A model generated the notes under the pieces. That model was not told where the DNA came from, searched no databases, and saw only the letters and a program-made list of their open reading frames with translations. A stretch of 64,000 bases of DNA from the human T2T-CHM13v2.0 reference genome, Homo sapiens. Made by a program: the position numbers and the translations under genes. Shown here piece by piece: positions 46,279 to 59,179 of this stretch; positions within the stretch are counted from its first letter, which is position 1; every line of letters starts with the position of its first letter. The stretch lies in assembly GCF_009914755.1 (NCBI RefSeq), contig NC_060937.1. One strand, 5' to 3'.

Positions 46279-46544
46279 TCATACAGGGATAGATAGCATC
46301 AGTTATCCTTGGTAGAGAGGTTAAAGAAGAAAGGTCTATAAAGTAAGGATTAGTCAAAAGCTGTAACGAGGAGTTATCCCTTCCTCCACTCCAAACCAAC
46401 AGGTGTCTGTCTCTCCCATACATCAGTACTATGTAGGAGATATAATTTTGGAAAGGACTTGAGAATTCTCAGTACAGTTGAGGGTAAAAGTAAAAGTATT
46501 ATTGTGAAAGAAAAAGTATTAAATCTATCTACCTACTTACCTAC

Positions 46545-46950
46545 TGTATTAGTCCATTCTCACTCTGCTATAAAGAAATACCTAAGACTGCATAACTTAT
46601 AAATAAAAGAGTTTAAATTGGCTCATGGTTCTTTAGGCTGTACAGGAAGCATGGAGGCATCTAGCCCTGGGGAGGCCTCAGGAAACTTACAGACACAGCA
46701 GAAGGCAAAAAGGAAGCAGGCATGTCTTGCATGTCTTACATTTCCAGAGCAGCAAGAGAAAGAGAAGGGGGAGGTGCTACATACTTTTAAATAACCAGAT
46801 ATAATGAGAACTCACTCAGTATCATGACACAGTACCAAGGGGGAAATCTGCCCCCATGATCCAATCACCTCCCACCAGGCCCCACCTCCAGCACTGGGGA
46901 TTACTATTTGACATGAGATTTGGACGGGGACACAGATCCAAACCATATCA
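46545..46950 (-). mobile_element. MSTA MaLR solo LTR
   Basis: tgtattagtccattctc...aaaccatatca; perfect 5-bp TSD cctac. Confidence 0.92.
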
Positions 46951-47262
46951 CCTACCTACCTATAAAAAATACTGACATCTACACTCTGGTCCCAGCCTAC
47001 TTCTCCCATTTGGCTCCCAGAATTTTTGCAACCAGGGAGTTGCTCTCAGGCAAGACGCTGGAAGAGTCTTCTCTCAGTATCTGCCTAGTTTAAGAGGAAA
47101 CAAAGACAAAAGAGGCATGAGACATGGCTTTTGATCTATAGTATTTCTGGATCTCCCTTTGTGTACATGGTAGAACTACACATTTGTTGTAATTTGTATT
47201 ATTATGTTTTCTCTTGAATTTAGTCTTAAAGTCTCTCTTTTGCTCAAGAATGGCCATAAGCC

Positions 47263-47569
47263 GGTCGGGCACAGTGGCTCGCTCCTGTAATCCGAGCACT
47301 TTGGGAGGCCAAGGAGGGCGGATCACAAGATCAGGAGATCGAGACCATCCTGGCTAACACGGTGAAACTCCATCTCTACTAAAAATGAAAAAAAAAAAAA
47401 AATTAGCCAGGCGTGGTGGTGGGTGCCTGTAGTCCCAGCTGCTCAGGAGGCTGAGGCAGGAGAATGGCGTGAACCGGAAGGCAGAGCTTGCAGTGAGCCA
47501 AGATGGCCCCAGTGCACTCCAGCCTGAGTGACAGAGCAAGACTCCGTCTCAAAAAAAAAAAAAAAAAAA
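47263..47569 (+). mobile_element. AluY
   Basis: gagatcgagaccatcctggctaacacggtg; 17-bp TSD aagaat(g/a)gccataagcc. Confidence 0.96.
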
Positions 47570-47599
47570 AAGAATAGCCATAAGCCAAGATAGCCACTC

Positions 47600-48133
47600 T
47601 GTAAGAGAGCCCTGACCAGGAGGAAAGTTAGGCTCTGAGATACAATGAGGAGGTGAAACCAAAATGCATGAAACAGAAAAAAAATTTATTCCTCGCTGGT
47701 CCCAGAGAGATTCGGAGTACCAACAGGAGGACAACAGGAAGTCCAGAGGCATCAGGGCACTCAACCTGTATGCAGAGTGAAAGAAAGAGGAATTCTTGGA
47801 TTAAGTCTTTTTTAAGAACCATGAGCTCTTATCACTTAGACTTTTCCTTGGTGCTTGTGGATGGGCTAGTTTAAAGAAAACACTCACAAAGAGGGGAACG
47901 TATTTACACGACTCTGGTTTGACCATTACGTTGTAGCGTGTTTAGCAACTGTGGTTGTGTTGGGGTTTGGGGTCAGTGAGATGAGGGATAAGCAAGCTAC
48001 ACAGCAAACAACCAAAAGGGGAGAAGCGGTTTTAACTAGGTCAAAGGTGATGGGATTTGGGGGTTCAAATCACTTATGTCAAGCCTAAAACTTGATAAAT
48101 GCAACAACAACTATATTAAACAAATTTATGACA
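47600..48133 (-). mobile_element. ERVL-type solo LTR (LTR53/MER74-like)
   Basis: TG...CA bounded block (tgtaagagag...aaatttatgaca) with an antisense AATAAA (tttatt ~47685); family from memory. Confidence 0.5.
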
Positions 48134-48229
48134 TAATTCCTGCACCCTGAGTTTCAGAAACATCCTGCAACTCATTTTGACCAATGACCTAGTAAGCAGA
48201 AGTGACACATGTTCCTTCCAGGTGGAAGC

Positions 48230-48399
48230 TTTTTTTATTTTTTATTTTTTAGAGATGGGATCTCACTCTGTTGCCCAGGCTGGAATGCAATGATGCTATC
48301 ATAGTTCATTGCAGCCTTTAGCTCCAGGCCTCAAGTGATCTTCCCACCTTGGCCTCCCAAAGCACTGGGATTACAGGCATGAGCCACTGTGCCTGGTCC
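48230..48399 (-). mobile_element. Alu monomer (FRAM-like or left/right-arm recombinant)
   Basis: Single arm with T tail; ggaagct on both flanks. Confidence 0.88.
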
Positions 48400-48848
48400 C
48401 CAGACGGAAGCTCCTACTTGGCAGTTTGTGTCTCCACACCTGTGTCCTACTGCTCTGGTGAGCTTTGAAGCATATATTGATATGAAGGTGAGATACCAAG
48501 TGGTAATATACAGAGTCACCTGGACTAAAAGGGGCCATTGCTGCCAATATTTTGGGGGCAATTTGTTTTTCCAGCCTGACCTACCTTATCCTGGCTGACA
48601 AACATAGGTTCCCTAACAAGCACCTAAGTCAGATCACACTTGTCTAACAATTGCTGAGCTCCATTTGCACATCAGAGTTAGAGTTTCGACCAGCTTTTCA
48701 GTCCCCATTCTTAAATGTTAGCATATAGCCATAATCAGGGGTCACCACTTATGTTAAGTGTATAACATGAAAAATGGTTAAATCTACAAGCAGAAAAAAA
48801 ATCCAACTTTAAACAGAGACTCTACTGAGAGAAGAAAACTTTTCAAAA

Positions 48849-49178
48849 ATGTAGTCCTCCTTATCTGAGATTTTAGTTTCTGTGGTTTCATTTACCTGTG
48901 ATCAACCCCAATCTGAAGACAGATAAGTACACTACAATGAGGTATTTTCAGAGAGAGAGAGTCTACATTCACATGACACAGATGGTGATAATTGTTGTAG
49001 TTTATGATGATTTATTGTGGTTAATCTCTTACTGTGCCTAATTTACAAATTAAACCATCTCATAAGTATGTATATCTAGGAAGATATATAGGATATATAG
49101 GGTTTGTCACTATCCAAAGTTTCAGGCATCTACTAGGGGTCTTGGAATATATCCCCATCCGATAAGGCGAGAATACTG
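48849..49178 (+). mobile_element. MER44A-like (Tigger-family) MITE
   Basis: TIR remnants gtagtcctccttatc ... gataaggcgagaatactg followed by TA. Confidence 0.8.
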
Positions 49179-49837
49179 TACTGTCATTACCATCTTAATA
49201 GGCCTGAGAAGATTTAAACAAACAAAAACAATAACACAAGTTCCACTTGGAGAAACAAAGGCTAGTAAGCTTAAAACCTATGAAATTATCAACAAAGTGA
49301 CTGAGTAATAAAGTTCAAGAAATCTCCTAGAAAGTAGAGTAAAATGAACACTAGAAGAAGAAACTGGAGAACATGTTCAGGGTTTCCATTGTTCAAATAA
49401 TGAGACTTTCAGACACAACAGAGAAAATGAAATAATTCAAGAACATTTCCCCAAATAGATATGCATTTCTAGATGAAAAGGGCCCAGCGAGATGCCCAGC
49501 ACAGAATATCCAATAGTGCCGCATCAAAGGACATCATGATAAAATTTCAGAACACAATGTAAGAGACACTATATATAAACTTAAGTCTTCTCATCTATAA
49601 ACTTGCTGCATCTCTACATTTATTTAGATCTTCTTTTAAGACCATAGATGATAGTTGTAGGGATCATGGTTCTCCTTTAGTTTTGGCTTTCAATTTTATT
49701 GTGTTGTCGTCAAGGGCTCCATGTTCTTTGTGTTAAAACCATTTGCTAATAGTTAATATTTCCTTTTTGCCTTAATATATGCTCTCTTTTCTAAATATCT
49801 TATGTGAGCTTTAATTTATGTGCTATATCCACTAGTC

Positions 49838-50065
49838 ATTACCCCACCTGTAGTGATGGTATAGAGATATATATATTATATATATGTTATTCAATAAATA
49901 TATATTAATATATTTAACAGTTTATTGAATATAGATATCCTATATATATATAGAAAAATATATATATTTATTGAATATATATAGATTACCCCAACTGTAG
50001 TGATGTTATCTATGAATATATATATATTAGTCAATAGATATTAAATATATATTTATTGATTTATT
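49838..50065. repeat. AT-rich low-complexity tract with a duplicated 25-bp anchor
   Basis: attacccca(c/a)ctgtagtgatg(g/t)tat at 49838 and 49985. Confidence 0.85.
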
Positions 50066-50389
50066 ACATAAAGCTTTAATTTCAAGCCAATGCAATAAGA
50101 AACATTCCTTTAAGAAGTTAGAAACAACTAAAATACAAGTATCAGACAGATAAAAATAAAAATATCAGCGATTTTACTATTAAAACCCAGACTGGAAAAT
50201 GTGATTACATATGATATGTAATATTTCACCTAAGAATTATTATCAAGTCAGAAGCATAGCTGAAAAAATATCACTGACTTTTCTCAAAGGGAATAGAGTC
50301 TGCCTCATTTACTCCATGATAAAGCGCAGGGAAGAATGTACCTTCACCGTAGCCTGGCAAATCCAAAAGAGGATGAGAAATCTAAAAGT

Positions 50390-50700
50390 TTAGCACATTT
50401 TGTTTTATGTGTTTGTTTTTTGAGTCGAGTTCCTTATAAATTCAGGAAATTATTACCCTGCCAAATAAATAGTTTGCAAATTTTTTTCTATTCTGCAGGT
50501 TTTCTATTCACTCTATTATTTGTTTTGCTGTAGAGAAGCTTTTTAGTTTAAAAATGTTACATTTGTCTATTTTTATTTTTGTTGCCTATGCTTTTAAGAT
50601 CTTAATCATGAATTCTTCGCTGAGACCAATGCCCAAATAAGTTTCCTTAGATTTTCTTCTAGTATTTTTGTGGTTTCAGGTCTAACATTTAAATCTTTAA
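50390..50700 (-). mobile_element. L1 ORF2 3' fragment
   Basis: ttttgctgtagagaagctttttagttt...ggtctaacatttaaatcttt. Confidence 0.8.
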
Positions 50701-53700
50701 AAGAAAGCATATAAATGCAAATGACTAATGGGCATATTTTGCTTCTATTTTGTTTCTAACTTCAGAAGAAAAAGAATGTTTCTAACTCTACTGGTTCCAA
50801 ACACAACTCCTATCAAACTGTAGATATGATCACTACAGTTAATGACTAGTATATATAGCACCAGGCTTCTTTGTTTGTTCATTTGTTTCTTCTTGACTTC
50901 TATTAAATGTCATTAATACTCTTTTCCTCAGTGGATTAGGAATGTATACATCCTATATTAATTATTTAAGTGGTTAACTTTGAATTTTTAATATTCAATA
51001 AAATACATATTTGTGTGAATATAACATAAAGTTAATTAAGATTTCACACTTCTTCCTAATACAAACATGTTAGAATAAACAATTATTTCCAAGTGTTGTA
51101 ATTACATTATGATTTGAACTCCCTAATATAACCATTGCTTTGCTTTTTCAGCCAACATTAATAGACAGTTACTTAGATGCTTGTCAGTTACCTTGATCAC
51201 TATTACAACTTTCATACCACTCTTTCATTCTGGGTTGAGTTTCCTGCATTTTTAATTGTGGTCTTAAATAATTTTTTAGAATTGAAAAAAAAAAAGTGAA
51301 GACCCAAACACAGTCAGAAATGACAAAAGTGACATTATAAATGATCCCACAGACTACAAAAGATCCTCAAAGACCACTATGAACATCTCAGTCCCATAAA
51401 CTAGAAAATCTTGAGAAAATGGATAAATTCCTAGAAACACACCACCTCCCAAGATTGAATCAGGAAGAAAGTGAAATCCTGAACAGACCAGTAACAAGTT
51501 CCAAAATTAAATCCGTAATAAATTTTTAAAAACTCTATGAACCAAAAAAAGCCTTGCACCAGATGGATTCACAGCTGAATTCTACCAGATGTACAAAGAG
51601 AAGCTGGTACCAGTCCCCCTGAAACTATTCCAAAAAAGTAAGGAAGAATGACTCCTTCCTAACTCATTCTATGAAGCCAATATCATTGTGATACCAAAAC
51701 CTGGCAAAAACACAATAAAATAAGAAAACAGCAGGCCAGTATCCCTGATGAACATAGATGCAAAAATCCTCAGCAAAATAGCAAACTGGATTCAGCAGCA
51801 CAAAAAAATTTAACTCATCATAATCATATGGGTTTTATTCCTGGGATGCAAGGTTGGGTCAATATACACAAATAAATAAATGCGATTCACCACATAAACA
51901 GAATTCTAATAAAAGCACATAGTTATCTCAATAGACACAGAAAAGGCCTTTGATAAAATCCGACATCTTTCATGATAAAAACAGAGTAAGCACTGAAGGA
52001 AAATACCTGTAAAGAAGAGCCGTCTATGACAAACACACAAGTAACATCCCACTGAATGGGCAAAAGCTAGAAGTGTTTCCCTTAAGAAGTGAAACAAGAC
52101 AAAACGTCTACTCTCTCTACTCCTATTCAATGTAATATTGAAAGTGCCACCCAGAGGAAAGAGAAAGAAATAAAAGGTATCCAAATAGGAAATGAGGAAG
52201 TCAAATTATCTCTCTTTGCTGACAATACAATTCTATGCCTAAAAAATTCTAAAGAATGCCAAAAGTCTCCTAAACCTGATAAGCAACTTCAGTAAAGTTT
52301 CAGGATACAAAATCAATGTACAAAAATCAATATTATTACTATATACTAATAACATTCAAGCTGAGAGCCAAATCAATAGCATAATCCCATTTGTAATAGC
52401 CTTAAAAAATAAAATACCTAGGAATACATCTAACCAAGAAGGTGAAAGATCTCTACAAGAAGAACTACAAAACACTTATGAAAGAAATTGCAGATGACAC
52501 AAAGGGGGAAACATTCCACACTCATGGATTAGAAGAATCAATATTGTTAAAGTGGTTATACTGCCAAAAGCAATCTATAGATTCAATGCTACTCCTATCA
52601 AATGACCAATGTCATTTTTCACAGAATTAGGGAAAAAAAATCAAAATTTATATGGAACAAAAAAAAGCCTGAATAGCCAAAGCAATCCTAGGCAAAAAGA
52701 ACAAAGCTGGAAGCATGACATTGGCCAGCTTCAAAGTATACAAGGCTACAGTAACAAAAACAGCATGGTACCGGTACAAAAACACAGACGAAATGGAACA
52801 GAATAGATAATGCAGAAATGAAGCAGCACACATAGAAAGAACTGATCTTTGACAAAGTTGACAAACATAAGCAATGGGGAACAGACTCCCTATTCAATAA
52901 ATGGTACTGGGAAAACTGGCTAACCATATACAGAAGAATTAAACTGGACTCCTACATGTCACCATATACAAAAATTAACCGAAAATGGATTAAAGACCTA
53001 AATGTAAGACCTCAAAGTATAAAAATCCCAGAAGAAAACATAGGAAATACCCTTCTGGACTTCATCCTTGGTAAAAAATTTATGACCAAGTCCTTAAAAG
53101 CAATTGCAGCAGAAATAAAAGTTGACAAGTTGGACCTAATTAAACCAAAGAGCTTCTGTACAGCAAAAGAAACTATTAACAAAGTAAACAGACACCTTAC
53201 ATAATGGATAAAAATATTTACAACCTATGCATCTGTCAAAGGTCTACTATCCAGAGTCTATAAGGAAGTTAAACAAATCAAAAAGCAAAACACAAATAAC
53301 CTCATCAAAAAGTGGGCAAAGTACATGAAGAGACACTTCTCAAAAGAAAACACAGAAGCAACCAATAAACATATGAAAAAAATGCTTAACATCATTAATC
53401 ATTCCAGAAATGCAAATCAAAATCACAATGAGATAGCATCTCACACCAGTCAGAATGGCTATTATTAAAAAGTCAAAAAACAACAGATGCTGGCAAGGCT
53501 GGGAAGAAAAGGGAATATTTATACATTTCTGACGGATATGTAAATTAGTTCACCTGTGGAAAGCAGTTTGGAGATTTCTCAATGAAATAAAAACAGAACT
53601 ACCATTCCACCCAGCAATCCGATTACTGGTATATACCCAAAGGAAAAGAAATTGTTCTACCAAAAAGTCACACGCACTCATATGTTCATCACAGAACTAT

Positions 53701-53779
53701 TCACAATAGCAAAGACCTAGAACCAACTTAGGTGCCCATCAGTGGTAGACTGGATAAATAAAATGTGGTATGTAGACAC

Positions 53780-54128
53780 TGATATGGTTTGGCTGTGTTC
53801 CCACCCAAATCTCATCTTGTAGTTCCCATAATTCCCCTGTGTCATGGGAGGGACCTGGTTGGAGGTAATTGAATCATGGGGACAGGTCTTTCTGTGCTGT
53901 TCTCATGATAGTGAATAAGTCTCATGAGATCTGATGGTTTTATAAAGGGCAGTTCCCCTGCACACGCTGTCTTGCCTGCCACCATCCCTTTGCTCTTCCT
54001 TTGTCTTCCGCCATGATGGTGAGGCCTCCCCAGCTATGTGGAACTGTGAGTTAATTAAAACTCTTTCCTTCATAAATTACCCACTCTCAGGTATGTCTTC
54101 CTTAGCAGCATGAGAACAAACTAATACA
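53780..54128 (+). mobile_element. THE1 (B/C-like) MaLR solo LTR
   Basis: tgatatggtttggctgtgttcccacccaaatctcatc...ctaataca; perfect TSD gacac (53775-53779 / 54129-54133). Confidence 0.95.
53866..53876 (+). promoter_or_regulatory. DUX4 consensus motif TAATTGAATCA inside THE1 LTR
   Basis: Matches TAAYBBAATCA; TATAAA at 53941-53946 downstream; binding not demonstrated. Confidence 0.6.
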
Positions 54129-54621
54129 GACACCATGCAGCTATAAAAAAATGACATAGTGTCCTTTGCAGCAACATGGATGCAGCTGGAGACCATTACC
54201 CTAGGTGAATCAATGCAGAAACAGGAAATCAAATATCACATGTTCTTAGTTAACAGTGAGAGTTAAATCTTGCCTACACACAGATATAGACGAAAATAGA
54301 CAATGGTGACTCCAAAAAGAGGGAGGGCAGGAGGAGGGCAAGGGCTGAAAAAGTTCCTATTGGGTACAATGTTCACTGTCTGGGTGATGGGATCACCAGA
54401 AGTCCAAGCCTCAATATCACATAATATACCTGTGTTACGAACCTGCACATGTACCCCATGAAACTAAGATAAAAATGGAAATTAAAACCAAAAAAAGAAT
54501 TTGTCAGGGAGTGGTTAGAAATACTCTTTCTTGAAAGTACTCATTTCTTCTACATAATTTAACTCTGTATAGAATTCTATATAGATAATTACTTTCTTTC
54601 ATGTTTAAAATAAATTATTCT

Positions 54622-54941
54622 GACCTGGTGTGTGGCTCACACCTATAATCCCAACATTTTGGGAAACCAAGGCAGGGGTATCACTTGAGGCCAGTAGTTC
54701 AAGACCAGCCTGGACAGCAAAGCAAAACCCCCATCTCTACAAAAAACTTTTTTTAAAAAAAATTATCAAGGTATGGTGGCATGTGACTGTAGCCCCAGCT
54801 TCTTGAGAGGCTGAAGCAAGAGGATTGCTTGAGCCCAGGAGTTCTAGACTGCAGTGAGCTATGATGGTATCACTGCACTCCAGCATGGGCAACATAGAAA
54901 GACCCTATCTCTAAAAATAATAACAAAAATAACAATAGAAC
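54622..54941 (+). mobile_element. AluJ
   Basis: aggattgcttgagcccaggagttc J-type right arm; TSD aaattattct. Confidence 0.92.
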
Positions 54942-56789
54942 AAATTATTCTACTTATTTTAGCCTCTGTTATTGTTTCTTTAAAATTAATCTAATGTTTT
55001 GTTCTGTTAACAGCCACCTTTTTTTCTGGTCATTTGAAAAAATTTCTCTTTGTCTTTGGTACTGCAGACTATCACTACCATATGTCGAGACATAGATATG
55101 CATTTTTAAATTATTTTAATTTTTAATAGCACTTTAAGTCCATATTATCACTAACCTAAATAAGATATAAAATTTTCTAATTTCATTAACTCATAGTATT
55201 TTTCAGCCTTATACTTTTTAAAAATAATTTTCTGAATCATTAGTAATAATTATTCCAAATTACCTGTAAATTCTTATCACTAAGAACTAGTATATAACTG
55301 AGTACTGTGGTATATTTAATAGATATACTTTTAATACTTAGTTTTAATTACCAATTATGCAAAAATGACCTTTTAAATTTTCTATTTGTATATTCGTTCT
55401 AGAAGTAATTTCACAAGAATGATAAAAATCATAACATCAGTATTGCTATAAAATAGCTTAAAATAATATGTTCTTTCAAAATCAGATGTGTGTTCTTTTG
55501 CTAAATTCTTCAAAAATCAATAAAGCAAACTTAGGAAAAAGAACTGGGTGACCATTATTGGATGAAATATAGCATCAGGAACTGTCAAAAGATCTAAACA
55601 ATATTCCCTTCATCTTTAAACTTCAATCCAGAAAAAAAAGTCTAGTTATTATTCATTATTAGAGAGCCACTAATAATTTATCTGATACAGTGACAATTTC
55701 CTTGCTATTACTCAGAGCTATAATTTCAAAATAAATTATACTATTTTACCTTAATCTTTGGTTTACAGTCAGAATATCTCATTACTTCATTTCATTCATT
55801 GTTTCACTTATTAACAATTTGGATAACTCCATTATTTTTACATAATTTATCAAAAAAGGAAGGCTACTATTGCTATAAAACATTAAGATCAAAAAGAGAA
55901 CTATATCTCAAAATTCTGTTTCACAAGGAATAGAAAAGGCTTTCATGAAGACAGTTGCATTGCCCTTCAGTTACGAGTGTTGATGAGGCTATAGGGCTAC
56001 CGGGAACCTTGTATCTTTAGCCATACAGTCACTGTTCTTTGGTTCTCGGGTTATACAGAATCCCTAGGTTTTGGAAAACAACTCATCATTTTAAAAAGTA
56101 TATCCTCAACTCAACTGACCCAACATACTGGATGCACCCACCAATCATATTTACTAGGAGACATGACCTGACTGAATTAGCTCCTCATACTTTCTTTAAA
56201 AATGGGAAATAGTTATGCTAAGCCATCTCAGATTTGTTAGAATCCTTAATGTCCAGCCAAAATACATGTGGCTAATGTTAGCATAAATGACAAGAATTAG
56301 TCTAGTAACTAGTGACCAAAGTTAACAGTTTAAATTTAACATAATAAGATTCGTAGCAATTTTATTCAGAAGATATTTGTCAAGTCAGTTTCCTCATAAT
56401 GAATCTTTTCCATGATATTTACCACCTGTCTTATTAAATGTAAAATTCTAATTCACATCTAATTCTAATCCTTTATTTTACAGTCTGAGTTGCTGCAATA
56501 TAATTTTTGTTTTTATATTAAAAGACACTAAGAGAAACATATTTGTATTATTTAGTAATTTTATGCCCTGGATTAAATTCATTCAACTTATTCATTCACC
56601 TAATTATTGCTAAATGCTTGCTAGGTCAATACAGAAATTAATGAGAGAGTCTCTACTCTCAAGGAAACACAGCAATAGACTATTAGAATTAAAAGAACAT
56701 TAAAGAGCATGAAAGTATATATATACATGTATTTTATTAAAATTTATATACATTAAGTGCTATCAAAATACATTTTTCTGTATTAATAA

Positions 56790-57640
56790 ATATTTACTCC
56801 TTAAAGAGTTTTAAATAAATGAATGCACCTTAATTTTCTTAACCCAATTCCCTACCAATTGGCACTTAATTTGCTTAGGATTTTCATTAACAATGCACAG
56901 ATTAACATTTTTGAATAAATATGTGCACATACTCTTCATTATTCACACAGAATTGCTGCATAAAAGTGGAATTATTTGGTCTAAGCAAATGAACATTTTA
57001 AACACTTTTAATATATTTTGGCAAATTCTCTAATGAAGGGCTGTACCCTTGCCCAACTGGTTACACTCTCCTCTCTGTCTTGCTTTTAACACCTGGACAA
57101 TAGATAATTGACACTTCATTGTGTGTATGATAGTACTTATTTGTTGTCCAGTGAAGAAGACTTTCCCTTTTTCTTATTATTGTAAATATCCATTTCTGTT
57201 CTTTCACCATTTCTCTACAGGAACATTTGTAGTTTTCACATGGATTGTAACAACTATTTTTACGTTCAAGACATCTTTTTGCTGCAATCTATAATGCAAA
57301 ATTTTCTCCATTTTTCTGTGTGTATCCTCAATTTTGTTGTGGTGTTTTTTGTTGTACCAAAGGTTCTTTTCTTGTGTGATATCAAAACTATTAATTTTCT
57401 TTTTATAGATTCTGACTTAAAATATGTAGGCTTTACTCAACTGTATATAAATAAAAATATAGACCTATATATTTTGTTTACTTCCTCATTATTTTTACTT
57501 AAGTTTTGGTCCCACAGACATTTACTTTAGACAATGCTATGGGATAAAATTCTAGCTTATTTTTTCAAATATTGATTTAATAATTTAGCCAGAAAGATGT
57601 TTTGATTAACTCTCCTCTCTTACTGAAAATGCTCTCATTT
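56790..57640 (-). mobile_element. Highly decayed L1ME-like fragment
   Basis: Antisense L1 3' motifs (taaaagtggaattatttggtc...atgaacattttaaa). Confidence 0.45.
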
Positions 57641-57739
57641 GAAAGTTCCAAGAAATGTGGGTCATAGCTAAAGTCAACCAGCTAGACTGTGGCAAAGCCA
57701 GAATTTGACCTCGAGTTCAATGCTTTGAATGTGTAGTGG

Positions 57740-57950
57740 CAAACAGTATGGCTCTGGAATCAATGAGGACCACATTTGAATGGGGCACAACTGGAATTCT
57801 GCCACAGCTATGTTACCTTGAGTAAATTACTTCTTCTACACCTGTTCCAAATATTTAGAATAAGGGAACTTAATTATATCAAACTTCCTAATCTTTAGAA
57901 TAAGGGGAAATAATTATATCAACCTTATCCTGTTCTTGTGTAAATGAGTC
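57740..57950 (+). mobile_element. MIR containing an internal 40-bp duplication
   Basis: ggctctggaatc...agctatgttaccttgagtaaattactt. Confidence 0.6.
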
Positions 57951-58278
57951 ATTATTCAATTTATTCATTCAACAATATTAATTAAAAGTGTTCTTTGTAA
58001 TAGATATTTTTTGAGGTGTCATGACTATAGCTACCTTAAAAATGGATATTTTCCAGAAATAAATTATTTTGACTTCATTATTAACTTAGTGTTGAATTCA
58101 AATAATGATCTATAGGATCTGGAGTCCTGCTCCCAGCATTCCATCTGCCCCGTACTCTCACCATTGGAATGGTGAAAAAGATACCTGGTGGAGATATATA
58201 TATAGATAGATATATAGATATATAGATATTTGACTCGTCTAAGTGTCAAGAAATCTGGTGTCAGATATATCTAGTGGA

Positions 58279-58289
58279 GATAGATAGAC

Positions 58290-58341
<52 letters not shown>
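58279..58341. repeat. Tetranucleotide STR (GATA)2 GACA (GATA)12
   Basis: Counted directly. Confidence 0.97.
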
Positions 58342-58884
58342 TTGACTCGTCTAAGTGTGAAGGAAAAGGCTGTAAGTACACACTGTATATTCACTCTCCA
58401 GCACAATACCTGACACAGAGCTGGCAGTGAATAGATTTTATAAATGAACGAGCAAATTAACAATGTATACGTTCTTGTCCATGCAATTTTATTAAAAATA
58501 GAACAAATTGTCTCTAAACATACTTGCCTTTCCTTAGTGAAACTAAAAGCATTTTTAAAATACGTAGACAGATGAAATAGAGATAGAGGAAAATACCCAC
58601 ACTCTCCTGCCTCTGTGTAAATGACAAAAAGAAGGTGCTGTCCTCTCAGATTCATCAGGCCATTCTGATTCGTCATCATTAACTTGCCCACATGGATTCT
58701 ACCTCTGAATACTTCCAGTTACTTGATTAATACCCCAAAGTAGCACCTACTCAGCCATTCCAGATGACAAGGAAGGAGAGAAAACACTCCTAATGCACTT
58801 TGTAGGTAACATAATTTATCTTTTTTGTTCTCAATTTAAGTATTGACTTGGTGGTGCCAAGCAATGTGCTTGGAATCAGGGAGG

Positions 58885-59115
58885 CAGGTGATCAGAGCAC
58901 AGACTGGGTCTAGACTTCTGGATTTGATCTTGGCTCCACTGCTTATGGTCACTTAACTTTCTAGTGCCTCAGTTTCCTCATCTATAAAAGCAGGTAATAA
59001 TAACAGTGCCTATTTTATGCGACTGTTGTGAAAATTAAATGACTTAACATTTGTGAAGTACTTGGAACTGTACCTGACACCACAGCAAGGGCTCTGTAGA
59101 TATTATCAAATAAAT
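58885..59115 (+). mobile_element. MIR, near full length
   Basis: gtgcctcagtttcctcatctataaaa core with 5' and 3' portions. Confidence 0.85.
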
Positions 59116-59179
59116 TAATACACTTTACCACTTCCTTAGCAGAGCACTCCCTGACCAAGTTACATCCCTTTACCTTATT

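Larger units (their letters stand above)
51290..54497 (+). mobile_element. 5'-truncated L1PA16/17-like element (decayed ORF2 + 3' UTR), interrupted by THE1
   Basis: RT-region peptides in ORF track ([18 protein letters not shown]; [18 protein letters not shown]); 3' UTR gggctgaaaaagttcctattgggtac; many stops and frameshifts. Confidence 0.93.

Noticed and set aside
51906-53204. Active reverse transcriptase gene
   Set aside because: Fragmented, 5'-truncated L1 ORF2 with many stops
58239-58691. 150-aa ORF with IYLS repeats
   Set aside because: Translation of the (TATC)n microsatellite
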